This document shows, in pieces, positions 10,611 to 24,394 of a stretch of DNA of 64,000 nt. Positions within the stretch are counted from its first letter, which is position 1. The number at the start of each line of letters is the position of its first letter. The notes under the pieces are model-generated. The model had not been told where the DNA came from. It did not search any database and was given only the letters and a program-made list of their open reading frames with translations. Position numbers and translations under genes: made by a program. Origin of the DNA: Octopus vulgaris (lineage: Eukaryota); NCBI GenBank assembly GCA_951406725.2, contig OX597817.1, positions 152,334,001-152,398,000 of the forward strand. The letters are read 5' to 3'.

Positions 10611-13392
10611 GCAGGATGCATGGTTGCTCTTAAATACAAAGACCCACCCTGGTGAAGAATGTACCCTTCCAGCATAGACTAGTCATCAGTGACTTTAGAC
10701 TCGAGGCCAGAAGGATGCCAAGAAGCAGACCAATCCAGAAAAGAAAGATTTGGAAGCTGAAGAACCCTTAACATGGTCAGAGATTTAGAGACATCCTCAT
10801 TGAGAAATTTGATGAGAGGGAGGAGGAGTTACAGACTTGTGACATAGTGGGAAACTGGAAATTCCTGTGTGACAGCTTACTGAGCACCACAGACCAAGTC
10901 TGCAGTTGGTGCAAAGTCCCTTCCAGACCCAGGGTAACATGGTGGTGGAATAATACTGTAGACAGGGCCATTAGAGCAAAGAAACAGGCCTAGAAAACCT
11001 GGAAGAGTGGGGGTAGCAGGGAACTGTATCCAATAGCTAGAAGGAAGGCTAGGAGACAGGTGTATATAGCCAAGGGAGAAGCAGAAAAGAAGATTGCCAA
11101 TGTTCAGTGACTTGAGGACCAAAGATCTGAAGTATTTTGGATTGCAAGACAGTGTGTGAGAGAAAATTGTGATGTCACAGGAGAGTAATGTATCCACATG
11201 GATGTTAGTGCACTTGCATTTAATGATTCTGCAAAGAAAGAGGCTTGGAGATGTCATTATGAAAGACTGCTGAATGTGGAGAATGAATGGGAGGAGGAGA
11301 GCCTGCCAAATGTTAATCCAGTTGAGGGACCAGCTACCCGAATCAATAGCATCCTAGTAGATGAAGCAATTAAGGATATGAAGTCAGGGAAAGCCCCTGG
11401 CCCATCAGGAATCACTACTGAGATGTTTCTAAGGTGATGCCTTAGATAGAAATAACTACAGGGGTATCAAGTTGCTGGATCAGGTGATGACAGTCACAGA
11501 GAGGGTCATAGCTCAACTAATTAGGGAGAGAGTTAATCTAGATGAGATGCAGTTTGGTTTTGTGCCAGGTAGAACCACAAGATGCTACATTCCTGGTAAG
11601 GTGACTGCAGGACAAATACCTAGCCTGTACTTGGTTTTTGTTGACTTGGAGAAAGCTTTTGACAGGGTCCTCTGATCCCTTATCTGGTGGTCAATGCAGA
11701 AACTAGGGATAAATGAGTGGTTAGTAAAGCTGCACAGACCATATACAGAGATGCTGTCAGTAAGGTGAGGGTCGGCAACAAGTATAGTGAAGAATTCCAG
11801 ATAGAAGTAGGGGTTCACCAAGGATCAGTTCTCAGCCCCTCTTATTCATCATAATCCTCCGGGCAATAATGGAGGAATTAAAGATAGGCTGCTCCTGGGA
11901 GATCCTCTATGCTGATGACCTTGCTCTCATAGCTAAATCACTCCCAGAGCTAGAAGAAATTTCTGGTGTGGAAGCAAGGTCTAGAATTGAAGGATCTTAG
12001 AGTCAATGTAGCAAAAACCAAAGTCCTAGTAAGTAGGAAGGTGGACAAATCACAAATCCCCCCTGGTAGATGGGCCTGCTCGATCTGTAAAGGTGTAGGT
12101 AGAAAGTCCATAAGATGTACCCAGTGTAAGCTAAGGACACATAAGAGGTGCAGCAATATCAAAGGAAGGTTAACCAAGTTGATAGTTTTTGTGTGCAGCA
12201 GATGCACAGGGGCAATAAACACCAAAGATATTCAGAAAACAGATTCCATCACATGCCAGGGGAAGAAACTAGAAGTAGTTGATAGTTTCCGCTACCTAGG
12301 TGACCAAGTCTGTAGTGGGGGTGGATGCTCTGAGCATTGCCACTAGAATAAGAATAGCCTGGGCAAAGTTCAGAAAGCGTCTAACTCTGGTGGTAACAAA
12401 GAGCTTCTTGCTCAGAGTGAAAGGTAGACTGTATGATGCATGTGTGAACAGCCATGCTACACGGAGGTGAAACAGGGGCCATGACTGTTGAGGACATATG
12501 TAGGCTTGAAAGAAATGAAGCTAGTATGATCTGCTGGATGTGTAATGTCAGTGTGCATACACAACGGAGTATAAGCGCCCTGAGAGAAATGTTGGACATA
12601 AGAAGCATCAGATGTGGTGTACAAGAGAGATGACTGTGCTGTGTATGGATGAGAACTGTGCATAGATGAGGAGAGCTGTGTGAAGTGTCATATCCTAACA
12701 GTGGAAGAGGGAGACCCAGGAAGGAGGTGGTGAAGCACGACCTTCGAACGTTAGGCCTCACACAGGCAATGACAAAGGAGACCCTTGGAGATATGCTGTG
12801 ATTGAGTAGACCCAGCAAGTAAAATGAGATCACAGCCATAGCTTATACCAGTGTCATATAACCAGCCCATTTTAAAAGTACCCTTGAATCATTGGGCGAT
12901 ATGCTGTTCTTGAGAAGACTTACTGAGTCAAGTAAAATCAAAAAACAAATCAAGATGGAAATTGTAGTTGTGGCTAATGCCAGTGCCGTCTGACTGGCAC
13001 ATAATAAGCACCTTCAAGTGTGGGTCGGTGCCAGTGCCGTCTGACTGGCACATAATAAGCACCTTCAAGTGTGGGTCGGTGCCAGTGCCACACAGAAAGA
13101 TCATCTGAATGTGGTCAATACCAGTCTCCCCGACTGGCTCCTGTGCCAGTGGAACATATAAAGCACCATCCGAATGTGGTCAATGCCAGTTCCGCCTGAC
13201 TGGCTCCCATGCAGGTGGCATCTAAAAAGCACCCACTACACTCTCGGAGTGGTTGGCATTAAGAAGGGCATCCAGCTGTTGAAACCTTGCCAGATCAGAT
13301 TAGAACCTGGTGCAAGCCATCTGGCTCACCAGTCCCCAGTCAAACCGTCCAACTCATGCCAGCATGGAAAACAGACATTAAACGATGATAAT
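10611..13392 (+). mobile_element. Degenerate 5'-truncated RTE-clade LINE with 3'UTR and (GAT)n tail
   Basis: KAPGPSG, QFGFVPGR, FVDLEKAFDRV, GVHQGSVLSP and YADDL motifs with many stops/frameshifts; Cys-rich insert at ~12070-12210. It splits a minus-strand SINE. Confidence 0.9.
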
Positions 13393-13507
13393 GAAGGGCT
13401 TCTTTCAATTTCCATCTACCAAATCCACTCACAAGGCTTTGCTCAGCCTGAGGCTATAGTAGAAGAACCAAGGACCATGTGGTTGGTAAACACAGCTACT
13501 CCTGCGG

Positions 13508-16500
13508 TACTACTTAAGAGTGGACCCGACGCACACACTCACGCTAGTCAGTAGACCAGCCAGCACCTGCGATAAAGACCCCTACCGCCACATATAAATG
13601 TGTAAACTGTAAATCGGGGGGGGGGGGGGAAGAAGTATTTAAAAAGTTTATTTCTCTAATAAAACAAATAACCAACTGAATGAATGAAAATAAAGGGCTA
13701 ATGTAGCTTGGCATTTCTTGATAAATGCATTTAAAAAAAAAATTTCAGATTCCTATGTCTTAGATGTCTGCTAGGTGTTAAAAACTGTAGAAAACGGATA
13801 TGGAAAAAATTGCACAAACGAAAATGAGGGTGTGGGGAGAGGACTTTCTGAAAATTCATAAGATCCTATTTTTCCTGCATAACTTTGAAGAAAAGGGATA
13901 TATATTGATGAAATTTTATAGAAATACCGCTCAAATAGCACAAATTATGATTATAAAGACATTTATTGAGAAAATGTTTTCCGAAGAGGTGAGGTGAGAA
14001 CTGTTGGAAAATTCACACGATCCGTTTTTTGCCCCACTTCATAACTTTCAGGAAAATGGACATCTTTTAATTTTAAATTTTTTAATGAAGAACTTCAAAA
14101 TTGGTCCACACCCCCATCCTGCTGTATAATAGTGAAAATGAATGGTGGATCAATTTTGGAATTTTTACATAAAAAATTTGAAATTAAAATTTGCCTCCCT
14201 CCCTTCTAAATCTCCATATTTTTCTATGGAGATTGAAAAAAATTTTGGAAAAGGTAAAAAATTTAAAATTGGGTGGGTGGGAAGAGAAATTAAAAATGTG
14301 TCATTGAATCTGGTGAAGAAAAAAAAAGTCAGTTTTTTTATGGGGAGGAGTGTGACTGTCCTCCAGTACCACTGCGAATCCTAGGTTTTCGGATTTAGTT
14401 ACAAGACTGTCATTTATAAAGCACGTGCTTTTGTTTATGTTTCTGAAAAAGATCATCTTTTTTTTTTTTCACTTATATGGGGGAACTTATCTCTTGAAGT
14501 CAGTGTAAAGTGAAAGAGAGCAATTGATGTGTGTGTGTGTTGATGGGGGTGTGCCAGACAAAGTGCAGTGTGTAGGTTTTGCCAGACAGAAAGTGTGTGT
14601 ATGTGAAGGTGTTTTGCTGGTATGTGTGACAGAGAGAGAGAGAGAGAGAAATGGAGAGATCACTGAAATTTTTAATTATTTAGTTTTTGTAGTGAGTGAT
14701 TGACAGAGAAAAAGAGAAAGAGAAAGAGGTTATGTATGTATGTGTGAATGGCTAGCTTCAGTGACACACACAAACACATATATACACCTATTGCACACAT
14801 GCTTTTGTACACATACATGTTCATGAGAGAGAGAGAGAAGGTATGTTTTTTTTTGTTTTTGTTTATGTAACAGTCTGTTATGTAGAAAATGATGAGGTTG
14901 ACTCAATGAAATAATGACAGTAGTCAAAGTTATAGACAAAATATTTTTATTTAACCGTTACATGTGAACATATCAACAATTGCAGAGTATATCTGTACAA
15001 GAAGGAGCATGCCTTCTCGACTGCTACCATGCAGCCTTAAATTTCTACTTGTCCTGTTTTCATCGTCCTGGCATCATGCAAGGGACTGATAGAGTAATGT
15101 CTGTTGATGCGACGATGGTGAAATAGTAAAAGAAAAATGGGAGAGTTATAAAGTGAGGAGGAGATATCCTTCTCATGAGAAAAGAGTTGCATGCAAAGGA
15201 AAAAAAAAAGCTAAGAGTCAATAGACGTGCACAGAAACTGGGTGCAAGCATGCATATATGCATGTGCAAGCATTGTGCTGTGCAGCAAAAGGAATGAACA
15301 GTACAAAATGAGTAACAAAAAGTGACAAAACCTGGTTGGTAATAGTGATCTGTATGAAAGGTCTATGCTGAAAAGTGAGAAAAAGGTTAGTTGTCTTGGT
15401 CGGATAGCTTTCCTAAATGTTGCATTTACATATGCCAATTGTCTCTCTGGTGGATCTGTGCATCGTGTTGCAGTACACTGTCAGGCAAGTGGAAAGTAAT
15501 TGCTGGGTGCCCACCGAGTCGGTGACTTCCTTCCTTTCGTGTTGTGTGACAATGGAATTGAAAACTGCGTTGTAAAAGTTTGTGTCATGTAATTCTTGTT
15601 GATGCAACTGGCAAGGACTGTGAATTGTTTTCAAGAGGTCATGTGATGCAGCGAAAGGATGTGCAATGCAGAAGCAGTAAGTCTTTGAAGTTGAGCTCAC
15701 CAAATGTAATGGATAAGGTAACAAAGACTGCAATCCTGTAGCTTGGGGTCAGCAATTGTGGCAGGGTTGTTGTGTTCAAATCACATTCGAGGTAACCAAT
15801 TGCATCGTTGTGGTCGATGTATTTTAATAACATCGGTCGGTCACCAATTGTTGTCGTAGCCATCTAGCCATGTACATCTGTACAAGAAGGAGTGTGCCTT
15901 CTCGACTGCTACCATGCAGCCATAAATTTCGACTTGTCCTGTTATCATCATTCTGGCATTATGCAAGAGACAAAAACTTTGCTTGCTGGTTGTAGGTAAT
16001 GCTCGATGCTGACAATAGAGAATGTAAAGGTGGCATTGTCACTTCTTGATTTCGGTCGATTATAGAAAAAGAGGTATACAGCTGTGATTGCTATTGTTTT
16101 TTTTGTGGTATCTGTGTAGACCTGGAAAGGTTTAAAGTCAAATGGAAAACACATCAATTGACTTAGCAAAGCCATGTAATGAAAGTAACTCAAAGAACAA
16201 TGCAGTTGATTCGTTAGCAGAAATTTACTGATTTAGATTCGCATTTCCTCTATGTCCAAATGAAGTCACTACATATGTATAAGTAGCTAGAGTCCGTTCT
16301 GAAGTAGGTAGAGTTTAGAGTTCATTCTAACCATTTCTCTTATTTCTGTAAAATCCAGGTTGGCAAGCACTTCTGTTTTGAAAATAGTGGAAGCAAATTT
16401 CAGAGAAAAAAATGGAAATGTTATTAATTGTGTGTGGTGGCAATTTTTAAAAAAAAATTTAGTTCAGACTCTGAGTGCAAATTTTGCTTGCACGGGTTAT

Positions 16501-17420
16501 TTCTGTGTGCAGAAGACAATTTTGTAAAAGGAATTTTTAAAATTTCGAAAAATTTTCCTATTACAAGGTCTGAAAGGTGCATGGAGAAAAGAAAGAAATG
16601 CAAATTACCAAGATACAAAAGAAATAAATATAAAATTATATAGATCCCATGAATTTGAGGCTAAATTAAACAACAGAACACATTTTTGAAATCATATAGG
16701 ATAATACATATACGGTTTCATTTTGTTGATTCGTTACTTATATAAAAAATTTTTTTCCCTTATTAATGCAACGTGTGTGCGTATGCGCATTAATGCTGTC
16801 CGAAAAGTCCTCCACTCAGCTCAAACAGTTGAGAAGAGAATATTTTTGTCATGATAATCTTCATAGCGGTTGTAGAAACAAAATTAAATGACTCAGGCTT
16901 TTTAACTTGAAATAATATGGACACTGCTGGATGTCGGCAACTCGACAAACTGGAGTCCAGCATCGAACAGCTCTGAAAAAAAAAATGACCACACAAAAAG
17001 GGTTGTCGTAACAGGTGTAGTGAGGGCTGCATTTTCTGGGAAAGATACCCCATAAATAGGTATCTCCAACACGGCATTGACTTCGAAGTGAGGAAGTCTG
17101 TTACACCAATTTCCATTAGTTACCGGCTGGTGTCACTTCGTATTTCCCTTAGCAGACCCACTATTTCACGTTACTGAATAATTAAGCACCAAGTCGGCTA
17201 TCTGATCAGTCAGGATAAATACTTCTATCAAACATTAGATAGAACACTGAATAGAAGAGCTAAACAAGATTAAGTTATCCTCATGGTTGATTAATGCGCA
17301 AATAAAGGAATTTAAATAATAAAAAAAAAAGCATGTTTATGCTAAAGGTATATGGTGTTTGTTAACGTGAGCACGCCTCACCTTTCCCAACACCATCTTT
17401 CAGTATAATATACATAAAGA
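13508..17420 (-). mobile_element. Possible decayed Helitron-like/large non-autonomous DNA element
   Basis: SINE-free block; ATC...TAGT-like ends on the minus strand; internal ~95-bp direct repeat (14991-15086 and 15877-15970). Family assignment is inference. Confidence 0.3.
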
Positions 17421-17519
17421 TTTCATAAATAGATCTAAGATTGAAACACTGACATCTTATTGACATCGTTTTCTGGTAGATAGGACTGAAAGATGTTCTG
17501 CTTACGTCTCTATTTTTTA

Positions 17520-17896
17520 TCTTTTACTTGTTTCAGTCATAAGACTGGCCATGAAGAATTTTTAGTTGAATGAATCAACCCTAGTGATTATTCTTTTTTT
17601 AAGCCTTGTACTGATTCTATCTGTCTCTTTTGCCAAACTGCTAATTAACAGGGATGTAAACATGCCAACACTGGTTGACAAGCAGGGGTGGCAGACATAC
17701 ACATATATATAAGATGGACTTCTTTCTGTTTCTGTCTCTCAAATCCATTCACAAGTCTATTCTAGGAGCCTGATGCTATAGTACAAAATAGTTGGCTAAG
17801 GTGTGGAGAAATATACACTTATAGAGAGAAACAAAAGCCCTTACAAATATCATGTGGTTGGGAAGCAAACGTTTTACCACACAGCCACACCTGCAT
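17520..17896 (-). mobile_element. SINE family A (diverged)
   Basis: Similar to family A. Confidence 0.8.
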
Positions 17897-18831
17897 CTAC
17901 ATGTGTATTGAAAAGAACTGGCGATTAGATAGACCATTCCATGATGCTAACATTTGTACTCCTTACAGCATTTAAGAGGATCAACAGCAGCAAGCTTTTC
18001 AGTCCTGATATTTGTCAGAGCTTTTGTTATTCTGTAGCTCTAAGTTAAAAGCTTCAGGGCTTCAGAGACAGCTTTCGCCTCAGAGATTACATTTGAAAAA
18101 TGGCCTTCCTTAAGCTCCATACTTATGATTCTTTTGCTAAAACTATATGATTCAAGACAGAATCTAAAAAAAACAAAAGTCAAGAATAGTTTGTCAAGAA
18201 CTCCTGCAGCACAACTGGTAACTCCTGAATGAAATATGCAAGTTCAACAGAGCAACTCGGAACAATCCCTCATTGCACACACACAAAAAGCAGTGGCAAA
18301 CTCTGCAAGGTGTGACTTAATCCTTACACTTGCTGAAAAATGAAGGGTGAATTGCAAAAGCTTAAGAAATCAGATGCCTGCAGACCTGTATGACTTGCAA
18401 TTTCTGTGATGCAATAGAAACTTTATGGCCCTGGAAATTGTTATACAGCATCAGTCAAATCAACCGAAAGCAGGTTTATTTTGATTGACCAGTCCTCAAT
18501 AGTGGATCACTGGAGAAAACATTTCAACCAACCCCTAAGCCAGACATCAGGCAGTCATGGAGGAATTCATGAAAGCACTGTCATTTCATAATGGTGGCTT
18601 GCCTTGGAGAGCTACCAATTATGCTGAAGTTCATGTTGCCAGAACATCAAAAAGCTAGAAATCTTCTTGACTGTATAACATTCTAATAGAGATCTTTAAA
18701 GAGGATGGTTACTTCTGTACAAGAGAGCTTCATTGCTGCATTTGGAAACATAGAGTATGTGCATCAACATTGGAAGGATGTTAACGTTGTCACCATCTAC
18801 AAAACAAAGGAGACAAACCTGTTTAATATAT

Positions 18832-19052
18832 ATTTCTTTATTGCCCACAAGGGGCTAAACATAGAGGGGACAGACAAAGGGATTAGGTCAATTACATCGA
18901 CCCCAGTGCGTAACTGGTACTTTATTTATCGACCCCAAAAGGATGAAAGACAAAGTGGACCTTGGCGGAATTTGAAGTCAGAGCATAATGGCAGACGAAA
19001 TATCGCTAAGCATTTCGCCCGTCGCGCTAACGTTTCTGCCAGCTTGCCGCCT
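18832..19052 (-). mobile_element. SINE family B
   Basis: Reverse complement of 25750-25983. Confidence 0.85.
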
Positions 19053-19978
19053 TTTTAATATAACAAAAGGGTTATAGCAATCCTGTCTATTGCTTGGAAG
19101 AACCTTACCAAAGTCAACTTCAAAAGGCTAGTTAAATCAGTGTCAAAAAGACATTACACCAGGATCACAATCCAGCTTTTGCAGGGTTCAAGAATTACTT
19201 GATATTGTGGCAGATACTGGTGTCACACAACTGGCACCTGTGCCAGTGGCATGAGAAAAGCACCCATTACACTCTTGGAGTGGTTGGCATTAGGAAGGGC
19301 ATTCAGCTATAGAAAACATGCCAAATCAGACTTGAGCCTGGTGCAGACCCTCAACTTACCAGCCCTGGTCAAACTGTCCAATCCATGCCATCATAAACAA
19401 TGGATGTTAAATGATGATGATGATGATGATCTTCACTACATAGGAGCTCCAAAGAGTAATATCAGGATCTGGTTTTTCCATTTGTGAATCTGTCAAAGGC
19501 ATTTGATAATGTAAATAGAGAGCTTGTGTGTGATGCTCTCAGAAGGTTTGGTTGCTGTCCAAATTTGTGAAACTTTTCTGCTAGTTTCACACTAGGACGA
19601 TGATTTATATTGCTATTGGACAGCAACAAACAATCCATGTCCCTCAGTATAAAAACCAGTGTTTGACATAAGTACTGACTACTGTACCATTAAATATTTT
19701 CTTTATCTGTATGACTTCTCTGTTATGCATAAGGCTGAAAACAGATAGGAGTCACTATTAACTACTAATTCAACATAAACATTTTTGACATCCAAAGCTG
19801 CTGGCCCCTACCAAGCTCAGATCCAATCGAGTCATTGAATTACAGTTATGCTGATGGTTGTTTTCTAGTAGCTCATGCTCTAGAGATGCTATGGACCATC
19901 ATTTCAGCTGCTGTTCATAGCATGAATGACAGTTATTGTCCAGAAATCTTAAATCATCTGTCAATGGCACATCACAAC

Positions 19979-20154
19979 CAGTGCTGTCTTAAACCATGGA
20001 TATACTGGCCAATTACCGGGAGGTGGGGGGGCTCACAGAGCTACAGACCCAATTCTTATCTATGAATGCTGTAGTTTGCTGCCAGTAAATAACTACCACA
20101 GGGCCCTTTGCAGTGATTTGCTTGGGGGCCTATAATGTCGCTAAGGTGACCCTG
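19979..20154. mobile_element. Degenerate hAT-like MITE
   Basis: CAGTGCTGTCTTAA...CTAAGGTGACCCTG imperfect termini; GC-rich interior interrupting an old RTE. Confidence 0.35.
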
Positions 20155-20415
20155 ATTGCAACACACTTTCCCTCATCTTTCTCTGTACAACAGCAATTAC
20201 TAGCTACACCTACCCAATCCAGATACTTATGCTTCATCATTTCCAGTACACACTGAATGAGAAGGTTTTAAACTGCTTCAGAATGGCCTCTGTATATTTT
20301 GGAAGACAAAAAAAGAGTTATTTTAAAAACAACCATCTTTGTCTTCATAGCAGAATAGTGTTTCTACTCTCCTGTATTGGTGAATGACATAGACCTCATA
20401 CATCCAACACATTAA

Positions 20416-20635
20416 CCCTTTCATTACCAATCCGGCTGAAACCAGCTCTAGCACTGAGTACAAATGTTTTGTTTTCATAAGTTTTGAATTAAAATCTTCC
20501 ACCAAACCTTAGTCACAATTTATGTTCCTAACACTAGCTTAATGATAACTAAGTCATTTTACTAAATTCTTTGTTATATTTAAAGTAATTGAAAGAAACA
20601 CAGAGCATCTCGAAATAAATACAGTAACGAAAGGG
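20416..20635 (+). mobile_element. piggyBac-type MITE, family 1
   Basis: TTAA TSD, CCC/GGG termini, similar to 1781-2001. Confidence 0.85.
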
Positions 20636-21134
20636 TTAAGACTTTGGTGACCTTTAACATCTAGTAACTCCAGAAGATCCTTTCAACCCCCCAGGGAAAT
20701 TATATTATTCACAGAAAACCTCTGTTGAATTCACACTGTACGCATTATCTTACACTATCTTGGACTGGAATGAGATGATGTGGTGCATTCATCCTGTTTT
20801 GAAAGCAGTACTTTTTGGTATTGGAGACAACACACACACTTGTGTGCAAAAGTATTGCAGACAAAAAGAATAATTGAGAGAGAGACATTAAAATTTATTA
20901 ATTAAATGGGTTTGACATGAACACTTTCCCTCTCCTCATACTCTGAGAGAAATATGCTCACACATATAGAGAGAGAGAGGTGCATAAGAATAAGAGAAAC
21001 ATGAAAATGTCTGATGTTAAGTAAGTCAGCACTGAATCAGCGATGTCAAGTAAGTGATGCCAAAACAGCTGTGCAAAACATCTCATACGTGGCTTGGATG
21101 TATAATGTGCATATTTGACATGCATTTTCCCCTA

Positions 21135-21600
21135 TGGTATTGGCATTCATGCTAGTGGAGTGCTAAGAGTACCATACGAGCATGATTGTTGCCAGAACAA
21201 CAAGCTTGCCTCTGTGCCGATGGCACGTAAAAAACACTATTCGAGTGTGATCATTACCTGCATTGCCTTGCTGGCACCTGTGCTAGTGGCGCATGAAAAA
21301 ACATTTGAGTGAGGTCGTTGCCAATGCCGCTGGACTGGCTCCTGTGCAGGTGGCACATAAAAATCCACCATTTGAGTGTGGCCATTGCCAGTACCACCTG
21401 GCTGGCCCTCGTGCCGGTGGCATGTTAAACGAACCCATTACACTCTTGGAGTGGTTGGTGTAAGGAAGGGCATCCAGCTGTAGAAACTCTGCCAGATCAG
21501 ACTGGAGTCTGGTGCAGCCATCTGGTTTGCCAGACCTCAGTCAAATCGTCCAACCCATGCTAGCATGGAAAGCCGATGTTAAACGATGATGATGATGATG
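21135..21600 (+). mobile_element. RTE 3'UTR-derived element (hairpin-unit array + GAT tail)
   Basis: Same tail as the 10611-13392 RTE: GAGTGGTTGG..AGGAAGGGCATCCAGC...CCAACCCATGCTAGCATGGAAAG..(GAT)n. Confidence 0.85.
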
Positions 21601-22149
21601 TATTCTATGACCAGCTGCACTATGGCCAAAGTCTGACTGAGTAACTGAAGGTGCAGTACAAAGATCAACTAAAGACCACTTTGGTGAGGAGTAACATGAA
21701 CCGAAGTAGAATGGTCAGTGAGTCTAGTGGTCTGAGTCCATAATGTGATCTAGACAAGAGAATATGTAGCTTAGTAATGTGATATATGAGTACTTTTGCA
21801 ATTTTTGAGTACATTTTTGTGTGAGAGTACTTCACTTGGACTTTTAGTGAGCTCTACAATTGTTATGATTTTGTTGTTTTTACATTCTGGAATTTAGCTG
21901 TGACAGAATGACTGACTGTAGCTATTTGGCTCCAGTCAACTCAGTTTGAGCAAACTTATGAAAATGCATTAGAGTTATGGCCATTCTATATTTTTTCTTA
22001 TACAGCTTATTGAAAATCACATTATCTAATGTGTCCTTTTTTTTTTAATATGTCAGCGTGTGGTATTAATGTTGGTGATCTAAAATCCACTCTTTAATTC
22101 AAACTTATTTTTAAAACTTAACTTTGAAATTTTACTCAGTATTTTACTA

Positions 22150-22890
22150 TCAATACCAGAAGATTTCATTGAACAAATTGTTGTCAATAAAGGACAGCAA
22201 CAGCCAATCAGATTTCAGAAGTCAAAATTCATCTAAAATTTACCTATTTAAATTCATCGAAACAGCTAAATAAATTGCATTTGCTAATTTGATCGGTAAA
22301 GTGCTTCTGACACTGCAAATCACCAATTTTTAATTTATAAAGTTGAAGGTTACTGGTTCAGATCATTCAAATAAAAAACAATTAATCAGTGACACACAAG
22401 ATAAAATGTGTTCCCCAAGGTAGCATTCTCAAGCTACTATTATTCATTATTTATGTTTATGATACAACCATTAGTAATGATAGGTTTAAAATAATTATTT
22501 ATGCAGATGATGCTGTTTTACTTTATTCTCCACTTTCTCTTCTTTCTATACATATGAAAGAAGAAAATAAAATACTTATCTAAATGTACACTTCATGGTC
22601 TGTTGATAATGAAATGCCAACACATTCTAAAACAACTGAATACTCTCCCTTTGGGACAAAAAGGTTATTGAGAAATATGATGTTATTCATTTAAAATAAT
22701 AGAGAAAAGTATATTCATAAAACTCTATAGAATATCTTGGCATTATATTTGATGAATTATACAAATGAAAAGAAAAGAAATAATAAAAGGAGAAATTTGT
22801 ACTTACACCAAAACTACTCATTTTGGTATAAGTACAAAACAAAAGCAATTCTGTTCACATCATTGAGCCAATGTTACTTTAACTATTGTA
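22150..22890 (+). mobile_element. Degenerate L2/CR1-group RT fragment
   Basis: CVPQGSILKLLLFIIY...YADD. Confidence 0.65.
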
Positions 22891-22908
22891 GAAAAGCCTG
22901 GTCTCCTA

Positions 22909-23773
22909 TACAAGGGGGTATCCAAGAGTATCTGGAAATGCTCTCTATAGGAAGCCACTTGATGTGACCCTCAGGCATCAGTCTACTGACTGGCGTCATC
23001 AGGTGAAGTTGTACTGCTACGTGGTGCATCTTTGTTTTGCAGTGCTTCTCCCTTGTTTATCAATTTTTGTGATGGCTGAAATGAAGGAACAGTGTTCTTC
23101 CATGAAATTCTTTTTTTTGCTGGTGAAAACATCGGGCAAAACAGTTGTCATGATTCAAACAGCTTACAAGAATGCTGCCATGAGCAAAACACAAATTTAC
23201 AAGTGGTTTCCACACTTTAGGAATGATCACTTGCCACTTGAAGACCAACCTTGATCAGGACAACTATTGACCTCCTGAATGTATGAAAACATCATGAAAA
23301 TTCATGAATTGATCTTGGAGGACTGTCACTGAACAATTGATGAACTTGTTGATATGGCTGGTGTGTCCTGGAGCTCTTGCCAACGAATTCTAAGCAAGGA
23401 TTTGTAAATGAAGAATTGCAGCAAAATTTATGCCTTGCTTGCTCATGGAAGATCAAAAGCAGTCACGACTGAATGCAAGTTGTGGACTGAAAGAACAGTT
23501 GGAAGTTGATCCAGACCTTGTCTCAAAGGTCATCACTGGTGACGAAAGCTGGCGGAAAAAAAAATGATGGGGAAGAGGTGAAGAAAAATGATGGAGGCAT
23601 TAAAAGGCATCACGTTGCAAGAGTTCCAGCACTGCTTTGAATAGTGGAAAACGCACCTGGGCTGATGCATTGCTTCAAATGGAGAATACTTTGAAGGTAA
23701 TAAAAGTGTAAACATGTAAAACTAAGTGAATAAAATAGTATTGCAAAATTCCAGTTTCTTTTGGAAATCCTCA
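22909..23773 (+). mobile_element. Internally deleted Mariner transposon remnant
   Basis: Disrupted transposase (MAEMKEQCSSMKFFFLLVKTSGKTVVMIQTAYKNAAMSKTQIYKWF...; VITGDESW; GEYFEG); degenerate TACAAGGGGGTATCCAA terminus. Confidence 0.8.
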
Positions 23774-23774
23774 T

Positions 23775-23920
23775 TCTCATCATCGTCATCACCACCACCA
23801 CCACCACCACCACCACCACCACCGTTGTCATCGTCGTAATCCTCATTCTCATCATCATCACCGTTGTTGTCGTCACTCTTGTCATCACCATCATTATCAG
23901 CATCATCATCAACATCACTG
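23775..23920. repeat. (CAT)/(CAC) trinucleotide low-complexity tract
   Basis: Read directly; expanded tail of a minus-strand SINE. Confidence 0.9.
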
Positions 23921-24394
23921 TTTTGATGTCCACTTATGTTAAGGTGGATTTTCTACAGCTGGATGTTCTTCCTGTCACCAACCTTCACCTGTCTCCAAGC
24001 AAAATAATATTTCCTCTTGGCTGGACATATCTTAATTAAAAACTTAAAATGAATGATATCACTTGTATGCTGATGACACTTATGTGATGTGAAGACAAGA
24101 ACACACACATGCCACTTTTCTTCAGTTTTTTATCTACCAAATCCACTGACAAGGCTTTGGTTCCCTCAGAACTTCAATAGAAGACACTCAAGGTGCCAAG
24201 CATGTAGTTGGGAAGCAAACTTCTTAACCACACAGTCATACCTGATTCTTTCAAATGCTTAGAAGATTCCCCAGAAGTAGCTGATTGCTCTTGTTACAGA
24301 GGTGTCCTGTCAGCAGTGGAGTGATGGTGGTGGAAGGAGTCTACTGGAAGCATAGTAACCAAGGTAAGAATGGAGTAGAAAAAGTTCTGAGAAA

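Larger units (their letters stand above)
17900..21750 (+). mobile_element. Very old, fragmented RTE (BovB-like) LINE interrupted by SINE, RTE-tail and MITE insertions
   Basis: Scattered remnants WKDVNVVTIYK, LSKAFDNVNREL, YSYADGC. Confidence 0.5.

Noticed and set aside
23610-24039. Poly-Thr/Val/Met ORFs
   Set aside because: Trinucleotide low-complexity tail of a retroelement.
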